From Anolis carolinensis (lineage: Eukaryota), in NCBI RefSeq assembly GCF_035594765.1, contig NC_085846.1:6249190-6313189 (forward strand): a stretch of 64,000 bases of DNA, written 5' to 3'. The translations under genes and the position numbers were made by a program. Each line of letters begins with the position of its first letter. The stretch's first letter is position 1. The notes below the pieces were generated by a model. That model was not told where the DNA came from, did not search any database, and saw nothing but the letters and a program-made list of their open reading frames with translations. Shown here piece after piece: positions 12,401 through 24,525 of this stretch.

Positions 12401-12649
12401 ATGGGTTCAGACAGCCGTTTGCCGGAGACCTCGGGGTCCTCCTCCCCTCCGGCACCCCCTCCGTACCTGGGAGGCGAAGGGTCCCTGGAGCTCCGGGGGT
12501 CTTTAGATTGCTGGGCCTGTGCCGTCCTGGTCACCCTCCAGAACCTTTTGGTGGCTGGACTCAACCTGCTCCTGGTGGCACTCACCTTCGGCATCGTCCT
12601 GCTCCCGGCCGGGGTCCTGGTCGCCTTCGGGGTCCTCTGCCACTCCAAG
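12401..12649 (+). CDS. TMEM88: TMEM88 exon 1 (MGSDSRL...PPPY...LELRGSLDCWACAVLVTLQN...LCHSK)
   Basis: TMEM88 family motif LELRGSLDCWACAVLVT; aag|gtaggt donor; synteny KDM6B-TMEM88-NAA38. Confidence 0.93.
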
Positions 12650-14012
12650 GTAGGTGCTCTTTGGGACTCCCGGCATCCCTCTTATAGCAATCCACATTGG
12701 CGGCTTTGAAGAGAGGGCTCAAAAGACACTTTAGGCACGCCCAGAGGTCCTCTTGTGCACCAAACAACCTCAACCTGTTCTCCAGGGAAGGAAGGGGTGT
12801 CCTTTTTAGCCCATTTCCTTTAAAAGACATTAATTTCAGCCCTTGGTGATTTCCAGCTTCTGGTCTTAGGAAAAAGCTTGGCAAAAAGCTCTCCGAATGA
12901 CCTCGGGTGGAAAAGGCAACATTTTTGCTCATGCATGAGATTCTTTTCTCCCCTGCCAGAACTAAGCTGAGTTTAAACTTCTTTTCCCTATTATTTATTT
13001 AATTACTATATTTTTACCCTGCTCTATCTCACCCCGAAGGGGACTCAAATTGGCTTCCAAATTGGCAATAATTCAATGCAATATAAACATAAGCATATAA
13101 ATACAATATATACATACATTAAAATCAGTAAAAATTAAATATATATATATAAATACATTAAAATCAACTATTAAAACCACACATGATCCAAAGTCAAAAT
13201 CCAGGAGCCATTCCAATCATATTACCATGACTAAAGAGGGGGTTGCTTTTCCTTACTGCCTTTTAATGGATAATATTCAGGTCTTCCCAATATTACGAAC
13301 CTTTTACAGACCAGCTTTGAACCCCAGATCTTACTTGCTTCCTCCACTCCAACAATGCTTCATCTCTGTTCTTTTGTGATGATGGAGTCAAGCTTGTCTC
13401 TTTCCCCCTCTTCTGAATGGCTTTGCAAAGGGCTTTATGTGCATTTGCTTAATGAATATACCAATTTTTATGGACAGGGAAGACCAAGGCCACATTGGTG
13501 TGTGTGTGCTTTATCAAATTCCGGTCATCTATTGATTATAGATGTCATTCCATTCCACACCTTTACTGGGAGACCTGAGAACAGATCAAACAATATAAGC
13601 ATTGCTGTGAGTTTTCCGAACTGTATGGCCATGTTCCAGAAGCACTCTCTCCTGACGTTTCACCCACATCTATGTCAGGCCTCCTCAGAGATTGTGAGGT
13701 CTGTTGGAAACTAGGCAAGTGGGGTTTATATATCTGTGGAATGATGTCAAGGGTGGAAGAAAGAAGTGAATGTTGCCATTGCTGGGCTTGATTAGCATTA
13801 TATGAGCTTCAAAGCCTGATATAAGCATTTCAGATCAACATCGATAAATAATACAAACAAGATAAAAAAATTAAAATAGGTCAAAAAAGTAAAACCACTT
13901 TTAAAAGGTTAAAAATGTTTTTAAATATGTACCTAAAAGTACATTAGGGCCCCAATAAATTAATAAAATGTATTGAAAAGCAAACCAATATTATTGATTG
14001 CAGAGTGTAGAG

Positions 14013-14147
14013 CAGTGGTTCCCAATCTCTGGGCCTCGAAGTGTTTTGGACTTCAGCTATCACACTTCCCAACAGCTGGTAAGCTGGCTGGGATTTCTGG
14101 GAGTTGAAGTCCAAAACACCTAGATGCCCAAAGGTTGGGAACCACTG
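14013..14147. mobile_element. hAT MITE (CAGTGGTTC TIR family), 8-bp TSD GTGTAGAG
   Basis: TSD at 14005-14012 and 14148-14155. Confidence 0.85.
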
Positions 14148-14168
14148 GTGTAGAGGATGGATCTACAC

Positions 14169-14299
14169 CAGGCATGGGCAAACTTTGGCCCTCCAGGTGT
14201 TTTGGACTTCAATTCCCACAATTCCTAATAGCCTGGTTGTTAGGAATTGTGGGAGTTGAAGTCCAAAACACCTGGAGGGCCAAAGTAGGCCCATGCCTG
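14169..14299. mobile_element. hAT MITE (CAGGCATGGG family), 8-bp TSD ATCTACAC
   Basis: TSD at 14161-14168 and 14300-14307. Confidence 0.85.
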
Positions 14300-16382
14300 A
14301 TCTACACTTTAGAATGCATGGAATTTGACACTGCTTTAATAATATAATAGTAATAAAACTTTATTTATATACCGCCCGATCTCCTGAATAGGACTCAGGG
14401 CGGTTTCCAATCATAAAACAACACATACATTACATTACAGCATAATAACACATTTAAACAAGGTAAAACTATACAATTAAATAGCAATAAATAACACACA
14501 ACCTGATCAAGGGGACGGGAACCATAAACCCAATATATTAAATAAATCATCTCAGGATAGATAAGTCTTGTGCTGCATATTCAGGTCCAGAGATCGTCGG
14601 TATTCCAATGTAATTACTCAAAAACTTGCCGAGGAGTTCTGAGAGTTGTAGTTTTATAAGGCCTTTCGCCTTCACCTCCAAGGACTGGTCCCTCACCAAA
14701 ATACAACTCCCAGGCTCCCATAGCATTGAGCAATAGCAGTTAAAAGTGGTGTCAAACCACATTCATTCTATAGTGTAGATACAAAGGAACCCCTACCAAT
14801 ACTTTGCAGGCTGGCAACTTGGATCAGATAACAGCCAACTATGGACGCCCATTCTGCCCTGGCAGGCCTCCTAAAGGGCTGTTTATACAGGTTTTGTTTG
14901 TTTATTTTTTCAGTGGAAAAGGGCCGTGCTTTTCAGGAAGGCTTCCCTCCACAAACACGTGCCCCAGATTACATTTTTTTTTAAAGGGATGGAATTTGCT
15001 TGATTTTCCGCCCTGCTCCCAAGTCATGAAAATCCCTCCGGCTTCTCCAGATGCAAGGCTGCGGAGCTCCAGGGTGGTCTCCCTTCAGGGGGAGTGTGAA
15101 GGGCCAGCCCTGTGTGTGTCAGTGGGGCTACTGTGGAATGCATGGAGATTAAGCCGCTCTTGGGGTAAGCTCCTATTTGGGGGGCCTTTCCCTCACCCTG
15201 TGCCATCTCAGATGTTGCTTCTTATTCTTAGGATTGAACCCAAGCAGTTAGAATCATATCAAGCTGCATTCTTGCAACAGTGGACACCAGGCCTGGGCCA
15301 ACTTCGGCCCTCCAGGTGTTTTGGACTTCAACTCTCACAATTCCTAACAGCCGGTAGGCTGTTAGGAATTGTGGGAGTTGAAGTCCAAAACACCTGGAGG
15401 GCCGAAGTTGGCCCAGGCCTGGTGTAGATACACTCAACTGGAGTATCCACAAAACAAGCTCGCCATTTCTTCCTACATGCCTTTCTTTTATAGATGGACC
15501 TCTGACCAGGAAACCTGGGCGGCCAGAGCCAAGGGCCCCTCCCTGCCCAAAGTGACAAAAGCCAGATGGCCGGTGCTTCTGGCCGAGCTGATAACCTTTT
15601 GGGGCAAAGCGCACATTCCAGGCCTGGCCGGGCTGCCATTTCCTCTGGTATCTGCAAAAGCGCTATTCCCCTCCCTCTCTTCCTTTCCTTTTTTTAAAAA
15701 GGGTCTTCATATTAAAGTTTATCAGCAAAACAAGGCTAGATCGGAGGCAGACGATGCACAAAGGGAAATGCCTCTGCGGCAGAGTTGAGAAATGGTTGGA
15801 GAGTGGAAGTATTTTCCTTTCCAAAATGATAAGGGTCTTGCTATCCAAGTGTGCACCATGGTGTCAGGTTGTGATGCGGGAGGAAGAGTTTTTGACAATG
15901 ATAAATACAAGTTGAGCATCTCTTTGTCGGGAATAGGGAAACCCAAAATACTCCAAAACCATAAGTAGCTGAGATAAAGAAACCACTTGTTAAATGTACA
16001 CGATTTTAATTGATATACACAATGATTGCTGAAAGGCTATTCAGTGCTAATCAAGGTGGCCAATTGCAACATTCACACTTGCCTCCACAGACAAGAGTTC
16101 TTTCTCCCACCCTGGATATTATTCCACAGGTATACAAACCCCACTTGACTACTTTCCACCAGATCTCACTAGCAGTGAGGATGCCTGCCACAGATGTGGG
16201 CGAAACATCAGGAGAGCATGCTTCTGGAACATGGCCATACACCTGGAAAACTCACAGCAATCCAGTGATTTGAGCCATTAAAGCCTTCAACAACACATTT
16301 GTTATTTCATTTATTTTATCTTTTTGAGTATCATCCCCAGTTAAGCTTGTTATAATTTGAAACTGGACCTCATCATATAGAT

Positions 16383-16514
16383 CAGAGGTTCGCAACCTGT
16401 GGGTCCCCAGATGTTTTGGTCTACAGCTCTCAAAAAATCCCAGTTTACCAGCTATTAGGATTTCTGGTAATTGAAGGCCAAAACATCTGGGGAACCACAG
16501 GTTGAGAACCACTG
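16383..16514. mobile_element. hAT MITE, 8-bp TSD ATATAGAT
   Basis: TSD at 16375-16382 and 16515-16522. Confidence 0.85.
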
Positions 16515-17202
16515 ATATAGATGGTTATTCCAATTTTTCATTGTCATTTTTTTGTGTCTTTCCACCCCTGCTTGTCCTGCCCAACTCATACTTTTGAACA
16601 ATTCTTGTTCTTTTGCTTTGATTCTGGTGTCACCCATTACTCCCATTAATAGCATATCTAAATCTAAATATTTTCTCTATCATTTTAAAAAATCTTTTCC
16701 CAGAAGGGCATTACCTTTGGGCATTCCCATCACATGTGGGAATAACATCCCTTATTTTTTCTGCAATACCAACACTTTGGGTTTAATCCCTTTGGTTTGA
16801 CAAGTCCTTGAGCCTTCTCTGCTAAAGAACGCCGATACCTTACCAATGTAGAAATTCCAGGATTGCATAGCATTGAGCCTTGGCCATTTCATTAGAGATG
16901 AGGTCCCTCAGAGAGGGGCTCCAGGTGCAACACCATAACATGGATAGGGATGTGTATGTTGCCACCTTGGGCACACAAATCATCTTGAGATTGTATTTTA
17001 TTCATATCCAGGAGATGTGAAAATAGGTATGGGCAAACTCTGGCCCTCCAGGTGTTTTGGACTTCAACTCCCACCATTCCTAACAGCCTACCGGCTGTTA
17101 GGAATGGTGAGAGTTGAAGTCCAAAACACCTGGAGGGCCAAAGTTTGTCAATGCCTGCTTTAAAAGATGTGTTCTCTCCTCTCTTGATCTTTCTCTCTCC
17201 AG

Positions 17203-17469
17203 TTCTTACACACCCAGGCCTCCTACTGCACGGCCCACTTGCACGACTCAGCCTCGGTGGCCCTGCTGGTGGTGGGCTTCACGCTGGCCGTGCCACTCCT
17301 GGTCCTGGCCCTGGCCGCCTACTGCCGCTTGGCCCGCCGCCTCCAGCTGGGCTACTGCCTCGTCCCGTACAGCAAAGCCGTCTACAAGAACCTGCCAGCC
17401 TCCCAGTACCATAGCTCCGGATGCTGCTGCACGCAGGACCTCGACCCTGTGGAAAAGGTCTGGGTTTGA
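17203..17469 (+). CDS. TMEM88: TMEM88 exon 2 (FLHTQASYC...RRLQLGYCLVPYSKAVYK...EKVWV*)
   Basis: Polypyrimidine plus cag acceptor, phase 0; C-terminal VWV Dishevelled-PDZ-binding motif; total 171 aa. Confidence 0.93.
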   Translation, partial: FLHTQASYCTAHLHDSASVALLVVGFTLAVPLLVLALAAYCRLARRLQLGYCLVPYSKAVYKNLPASQYHSSGCCCTQDLDPVEKVWV

Positions 17470-19455
17470 GGAAGGGGTGGCTACAGGGGGACGTGGGTTA
17501 GGGATTGAGAATGTCAAACTCTGAGGAAATGGCTTCCCTCCCCTTCCAAATGAAGGGGGGCTACTACATTGTATATCAGACCTGTTCCCAAGCCTTGGGA
17601 CTTGCTTGTGCATACTACTGTTGTAAACGCAAGAGGTGTGACATCCGACCAAGAGATCTCTGGACGCAGTAAACACAAAGGAGGAAACAAGAAATGGAAG
17701 ATTCGGCCAACTGCATCGGTGTCAAGACTTCCTCCCAAAGCCTGCCAACAATTCTGCTGGCAAAGACAACAGGAAAGACTTTTGTGTCGTTGTGGGGTAA
17801 AAGTAGCAACAAATCCCTTATGGATGCAAATACTCACGCCCCTGTGCCTTCCAGCCCCATAGAAGATAGATCTTAAAGGCCCAGAGAACTTGTAAAGTAC
17901 AATTTTTTGTACTGGAGGTGAATGGATAAATCACCCCTGCTTTTCTATATTCTGGGGTCTAACTGGTGGTAGTAGATATTAGTGCCTTTATCTCACTTCT
18001 TCTCTTGAGCACAACTGTTAATGCCAGAAATGGGGGAAACATGGCCTGTATGCCAAATATGGGCCCCCAGCTTCTTGTATTACGGTCCTCAACTGCTTTG
18101 ATCCTTTTTGTAAAACACTGCATGTAGGTTATTCAAGTAAAGCTGGTGAAGGCACAAAAGCAGTGCTTGGCTTCCTAAGGAGTCTCCAAATTTATCAAAA
18201 ATATGCAAAGAACCTTAGTTTCATATGAAAGGGTTGTTTGAAAGGTGGAAGGGAAAGAGGAGGGGATTTCGGCCCAGCAGAAATGCCTATGGAACTCACT
18301 GCTCCATGAAACTGCTCTTATATATGTAAGCCCTTCACTTGTATTATGCTATCACCTCTTTAGCTAATGTATATACCCCAAATCCATATGCAGTTTGCGT
18401 GTTCATTTCATCTAAACATTATGTCAGTGAATGGAATTTGTACAGTTCTGTCCATATACAGACTATAACTTTGTTACACACCTCTGTGTGTTTTCATTTT
18501 TTTTTTCTATCCCTTTTTTCTCCCCTGGGTTTGATAAGGAACTTCTGCAAACTGAGGTTTTTGGTTATGAAAAGAATGATGTCTTTCTCTTCTCTGCCAC
18601 AATTGTGTGACAAGAGAAAAATTCATTGGGTAATGCTTTTATGAAGGTGTGACCTGAGCTCAGAAAACTTCATTGTTTTAGAACTGCTGTTCCCAAGGTC
18701 CCTGATTACAGCATATTCTGGAAACTGCAGTGTAAATTAAGAACTTTTCCAAACTTTGCAATCTTCTCAGAATCTCCAGCCAATAAGCTAGATATTCCAC
18801 TAGCAATGCTTGTCCTGATACAGAGATGTAAGCAGTGCTTCAAAAAGTTCTTTTCTTGGCCTATAATTCGCAGAATCTCCCAAAGCCTGAATGACCACTG
18901 GTGATTCTTGGAGTTCTGTTCTCCAAAAATCAGCTTTCTCTCACAACTTTTAACAGAAAACATTTGCAGAAATGGGATGTAGATCTCGAAATAGAGGGGC
19001 CGAGTCCGGAAAGGACACTGACAACTAACTGATGGGCCATCCGTTCGCGTGGGGTCAGAGCGGAGAATATCCTGTTCCAAACAGGATAAGGAAGAACTGA
19101 GTCAGCTCCGGGCGCCAAAAGGTTCTTATGGAAACGCCATGTTCTGGAGAGGAAGGAACCTTGGATAAGATAACACGGTTCTCTTGGCTCCCACAAGCTC
19201 CCCATTGTGGTGTGGGGCCATCTATCTATAGATACCATTTCCTGCCTTATGTGCAATCAATGCAGCGGCCCCAGGGGTCAGTGCATTGGGAGGAGAAGGC
19301 AAAAGTTCAATCTGTGCACAGGCTGAACATCTCTAATGCAAAATGTTTGGGGATAGCAGTGTTCGGGATTTCAGATTTGGGGATATTATTCACATATATA
19401 CAATTAGATATCTTGGAGGTTGAAATAGGAGATTCATTGATGTCCCATATACATA

Positions 19456-19693
19456 CAGGCAGTCCCCAAGTCACAAACATCCGACTTACAAATGACTCAT
19501 TATTAAGAATGGGATTGAAAAAACAAGAAGTGAGAGGAACCTACCCCTCGGAATAGAAATGCACTCCAGGAAGAATTATCATGAGAAAAAGGGGTCTCAA
19601 ATAAAACTTTATCACCAATCTCCTTGCTTCCACAACACAGGAATATAAACATCTTCCTATGCTATCCAAAGCATGCATGCATATGTGTGTGTA

Positions 19694-19728
<35 letters not shown>

Positions 19729-20041
19729 CCTGCCAACCTAGCAGTTCGAAAACATGCCAATGTGAGTAGATCAATAGGTACCACTGTGGCAGGAAGGTAA
19801 CTGTGCTCCATGCAGGCATGCCGGCCACATGACCTTGGAGATATCTATGGACAACGCCGGCTCTTCGGCTTAGAAATGGAGATGAGCACCAACCCACAGA
19901 GTCAGTCACAACTGGACTTAACATCAGGGGAAACCTTTACCTATATATATATATAGCTGGAGTTACACTTAAAAATGTACCTGTTCCAGCTTAAGAACAA
20001 ACCTATAGAACCTCTCTTGTTCATAACTTGGGGACTACCTG
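19456..20041. mobile_element. Tigger-like MITE with nested 5'-truncated Sauria SINE (~19729-19942, +) inside a (TA)n tract
   Basis: TIRs caggcagtccccaag / cttggggactacctg, TA flanks; SINE 3' half ending acctttacct. Confidence 0.75.
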
Positions 20042-20531
20042 TATCCTGAAGGCAATTGTATACACAATATTTTAATAAAGTTGTGAATAAATGAAAGTTA
20101 GTGTACGCAGAACCGCCAGAAAGCAAAAGTGTCACTATCCTGGCCACCTATGGAGGTGATTTTGGAGTTTTTTCCAATTCCAAAAGCAATGGTCAACCTG
20201 TATTATCAGCATGGACAAACTTCAGCCCTCCAGGTGTTTTGGACTTCAACTCCCACAATTCCTAACAGCCAATTCCTAAGTCCAAAACACCTGGAGGGCT
20301 GAAGTTTGCTCATGCTGGATCTAGGTGTTGCAAAAATCCACTTCCTAATGATGGCAGGACTCTTCCTGGAATAAGCATTTAATCAAAACATTTAATAAAC
20401 AGTACAGAAATATCTACTTTCACAGTGCAAGGGCTTCCGAAATCCCGAATGGTGTCTTGTTCAACAGCAAGGTTAAGCCAGTCTTTTGGTCAAAAAAAGA
20501 AAGCCAATGGCTGCTGCCCTCTGGTGCCACA

Positions 20532-20644
20532 TCAGAGGTACTGCAGGGAAGCCAGGCTCTCCAGCTCCACCTCGATGGAGACAATGTGATGCCCTGGGAC
20601 CATGGCCAGGCCCAGCACCCGGGGCTCTCCGGCTGAGAAGGAGT
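20532..20644 (-). CDS. NAA38: NAA38 exon 3 ([37 protein letters not shown])
   Basis: Sm2 motif; ctgcag acceptor on minus strand; ATTAAA signals at ~20378-20396. Confidence 0.95.
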
Positions 20645-21912
20645 CTGCAGAGTACAGGAGACAGAAGCAAGCCTCTTTAAGACCCTCTGGAGAGCCAACT
20701 CTCTTTTTCAAGACAATCCCAGCCTCCTCCTGAGAGCCTTCTTTCTCCTCAGATAATACACAAAATGGAAAGACAGCAGAGACAACGAAGAGACCTAATA
20801 CTGTATTTACAACTTGTTCATTTCAGTGTGTGCTTTCATAAACTTCAATTATTTTCTTTAGGAAGAAAAAAGAGCTTTTTAAAATATGTGCTTTCCCCCC
20901 ATGATTGGGATTTAAGGCAGCTTGCCAACTGCAATGATTACTACTACTACCACTACTACTATTATTATTACAATACTTATATCCCACCCTTCTCACCATA
21001 GGAGACTCAGGGCAGCTTACAATAAAACACAATATAAAAATATTACAATAATTCAATCAATTAAAATTAGATATATTAAACATTGATAAAAAATATACAT
21101 ATAAATATGCAATTGGCGCATTTCGAGTCTGATAGCTGGTCTGTCATTGAGTTCTAGGATGGTAATAATTGATGCTACTGCTACTACTACTACTACTATT
21201 ACTACTAATATAATAATAATAGTAAGTGTATTTCCCATTTTTCCTTGCAGTTTAAGGCAGGGTACAACATAAAGAAAAATAAAACAGAACACTATTAATA
21301 TACATATAATAAGATACACACAAGACCAACATCGATAAAGTGCTGGTTAAAATTCACTAGTTAAACTGATTGGAAGAGATAGGTCTTCAGTCATGTCTTA
21401 AATTGACAGCTGATTTAGCTGTCAAATCTCTTTCAGTAGGTCATTCCACAGTCTTGGAGTAGCTAAAACTATTGAGAAGTATGAAAAGCTGTAAAATTTA
21501 AAGCAATGATTGCAAAAGCCATTTCTCCAAAAGCCTTCAGTTCTAGGAACAGCCATTGAAAGGCTCTTATCTCCCAAGGATCTCAGGATCTGGACCAATT
21601 CATACAGATAAATCAACAAAAGCTCACGCTAAAATAAACCAGTAGTTTTGAAGGAGCTTCTACATTTTTTCTTTTCTCCCCCTCCTTAGGATTTTTATAC
21701 TGAAAGCTCAAGTGATCACTGGGGTGTTATGTGGTTTCTGGGCTCAATGGCTATGTTCTAGCAGCATTTTCTCCTGATGCTTCACCTGCAGGCAAATCGT
21801 CAGGAGAAAATACTGCCAGAACACAGCTATATAGCATAAAAACTGCATAACACCCTGGCTATTGCTCCTGTTCAATCTGAAGCAGGACTTAGACCTGGCA
21901 GAGAAGACTCAC

Positions 21913-22096
21913 CGGAGGCTTTCAAATACTCTTGAGCTGAGCCGAGGATGACGTTGCAGTCGCGGTCGGTGCAGAGGAAGCAGCCCACCAGGGTCCGCCC
22001 GTCGGTCATCCGGATGCGCATGCTCTTGTTGAGCAGGTTCTCCAGCTTGCGGCGGGCGCGCAGATAGGGCGGATCGGCCTTGTCCTCCACAAAGTC
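21913..22096 (-). CDS. NAA38: NAA38 exon 2 (…[39 protein letters not shown]…)
   Basis: Sm1 motif of NatC auxiliary subunit LSMD1/NAA38; AG/GT boundaries. Confidence 0.96.
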
Positions 22097-22528
22097 CTGG
22101 CAGGAATATCCCCCAGTAGTTACACTCCATGGAACAGAGGCATCTCTCCAGAGCACTGAATAGGACAACTTATTGGATGTGTTGGTAGGAATCACCCTCA
22201 AAACTATTGTTCAATTAACACCTCCCAACAAAGGATTCCCTCAGGCAAGAAGCAGGCAGGCTTACAATCTGCAAGGCCATTCAATATTAATCAAGCTGGC
22301 CATCTGCAACATTCACACTTGCCTCCAACAGACAAGAGTTCTTTCTCCTAACTTGGACTTTCCACAGATATATAAACCCACTTGTTTGGAGATATTATTT
22401 ATACCATATTTATTCTTATTATTAATTTCCTGCTTTGTGTCCTGGGAGCTCAAAGTAGCTGACACAAGGAACCAATAATGCATTTAATGCTGTGAGACTG
22501 GCATATAAGTACAATAATAATAATAATA

Positions 22529-22563
<35 letters not shown>

Positions 22564-22845
22564 TCCATGCCTTGTCTCCAGGGAGTTCAATGCTGTGAGA
22601 CTGGAATATAAGTATAATAATATAAGTGGGATCAAAGCAACACCTAACCCAGTGAGTATGTTTCCCAGTCTCTAGTTCTTCAGGCCTTTGCACTCCAACT
22701 CCCAGAAGCCTCAGCTGCCTTGGCCAATGGATAGGGGTTCTGGGAGATGAAGTCCAAAATACTGTGGAGACCAGAAAAATCGCTCCCCGTCAAGGACATC
22801 TTTTTCGAGGGGACAACCCACCCCCACCCCCCAAAGCCTCCTTAC

Positions 22846-22920
22846 CCCAGGACCGGGGCTGTTCCCACAGCCGTTCTCTTCTCCCCTCGGCAGGGGGCCT
22901 GGAAGAGCAGGAGCCGCCAT
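22846..22920 (-). CDS. NAA38: NAA38 exon 1 (MAAPALPGPLPRGEENGCGNSPGPG)
   Basis: ATG at 22920, gtaag donor, phase 0; EENGC motif resembles the human N-terminus; total 123 aa. Confidence 0.85.
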
Positions 22921-23105
22921 TATCCCTTGCGCAGGCGCAATAGGCCTCGGCGGCCTCCTGTGCACAGGAAACAACGTCACGTCTATCACGTGACACAACT
23001 CGGCTTCCTCACGTTCCGTTGGTGGCCAAGTCGTGTCGCGTCACGTGATGGACGTGACGTCGTTTCCATGGCAGCGCTGGGCGTCCTTCCTCAACCGCAG
23101 CAGGC
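22921..23105. promoter_or_regulatory. CpG-rich bidirectional promoter NAA38/CYB5D1 (NRF1-like, two TCACGTGA E-boxes, CRE-like, RFX X-box-like)
   Basis: 185 bp between divergent ATGs; TGCGCAGGCGCA 22928-22939, TCACGTGAC 22986-22994, GTCACGTGA 23040-23048, GTTTCCATGGCAGC 23062-23075. Confidence 0.85.
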
Positions 23106-23232
23106 ATGGAGTCGTGCAGGCCGCGCTACTACACTCCGAAGGAGGTCTCGGTGCACAACCGGCCCGGGGACCTCTGGGTCTCCTATTTGGGCCGCGTCTA
23201 CGACCTCACCCCCCTGGCCGCCGCCAACAAGG
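23106..23232 (+). CDS. CYB5D1: CYB5D1 exon 1 ([42 protein letters not shown])
   Basis: Cytochrome b5-like N-terminal motif; g|gtgag donor. Confidence 0.92.
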
Positions 23233-23319
23233 GTGAGCATTTTCAGCAAAGTTAAAGATCCCGTCATTGTTGTCATTATTAGGATGCTACATAAGTAAAA
23301 ATAAAGTTTATATAGAGTA

Positions 23320-23858
23320 CTAGCTGTGCCCGGCCACGCGTTGCTGTGGCATTGTCTGGTGGTGTTGGTGAGAAATTGTTGAGGTAGTGGTGGTATTGAA
23401 TGTCTGTTGTATGGTTGTCTTTATGTTTAGTATGCACACTGAAGTGGATTATATGGCAGTGTGGAGTCAAGATAATCCAGTTCAAAGCAGATAATATAAG
23501 ATTCTAAATGGGTTATGTAGCTGTTTGGAAGGGCCTTGAGTCTACACTGCCATATAATCCAGTTAAAATCTGATAATCTGTGGAAGAGGCCTAAGTGAGG
23601 CCTAACTGTGCCTGTCCCCTGGGCTGAGTGAGTTGCTAGGAGACCAAGTGGGTGGAGCTTAGCTTTCAAACTGGCAGCAATTGGATAAAAACTATTATTC
23701 CTCTCCCTGTAATTAGAACTTTATTTTTCTTTTCTTTTTGTTGTATCAACCTAGAGCTGTGAATGATGGGTTGTGTTGTCAAATTTCGAGGTTGGGGGGC
23801 CTGTAGTTTTGTTGTTTTGTCCGCTGCCCTGATGCCATCACTCTTTTATATATATAGA
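23320..23858 (-). mobile_element. Non-autonomous Helitron
   Basis: 5'-TC start, 3' GC-rich subterminal segment then CTAG, inserted between A and T; same family as 61209-61542. Confidence 0.75.
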
Positions 23859-24190
23859 TTGGAACCTCCCAGTGCTTATACAGTATGTATTATAAATGTG
23901 TATCTATCTATCTGATGTCGTGGAAGCAATGCAGTATAAAAAGTATCTCCAAACTGCAATGTTTATACATTATTTATTACTATATGTGTTTATTTAGTTA
24001 CATCTATCTATCTGATGTTGTGGAAGCAATGCAGTATAAATAATATCTCCAAACTGCAATGTTTATACAGTATGTATTATTATATATGTCTATCTATATC
24101 TATCTTATTTATCTGTCTGATGTTGTGGAAGCAATGTGGTATAAATAATATCTCCAAACTGCAATGTTTATACAGTATACGTTATTATAT

Positions 24191-24525
24191 AGGTAAAGGT
24201 AAAGGTTTTCCCCTGATGTTAAGTCCAGTCGTAACTGACTCTGGAGGTTGGTGTTCATCTCCATTTCTAAGCCGAAGAGCTGGCGTTGTCCGTAGACACC
24301 TCCAAGGTCATGTGGCCGGCATGACTGCATGGAGCGCCGTTACCTTCCCTCCGGAGCGGTACCTATTGATCTACTCACATTGGCATGTTTTCGAACTGCT
24401 AGGTTGGCAGGAGCTGGGGCTAACAGCAAGCGCTCATTCCACTCCCGGGATTTGAACCTGGGACCTTTCAGTCTGCAAGTTCAGCAGCTCAGCGCTTTAA
24501 CACACTGCGCCACCACCAGGGGCCC
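24191..24525 (-). mobile_element. Full-length Sauria SINE
   Basis: tRNA-like head gggcccctggtgg...gcgcagtg, (ACCTTT)n tail; a 3' partial copy on + lies at ~24655-24806. Confidence 0.9.

Noticed and set aside
15288-15421. pre-miRNA hairpin
   Set aside because: Belongs to a multi-copy MITE family present about ten times in the window.
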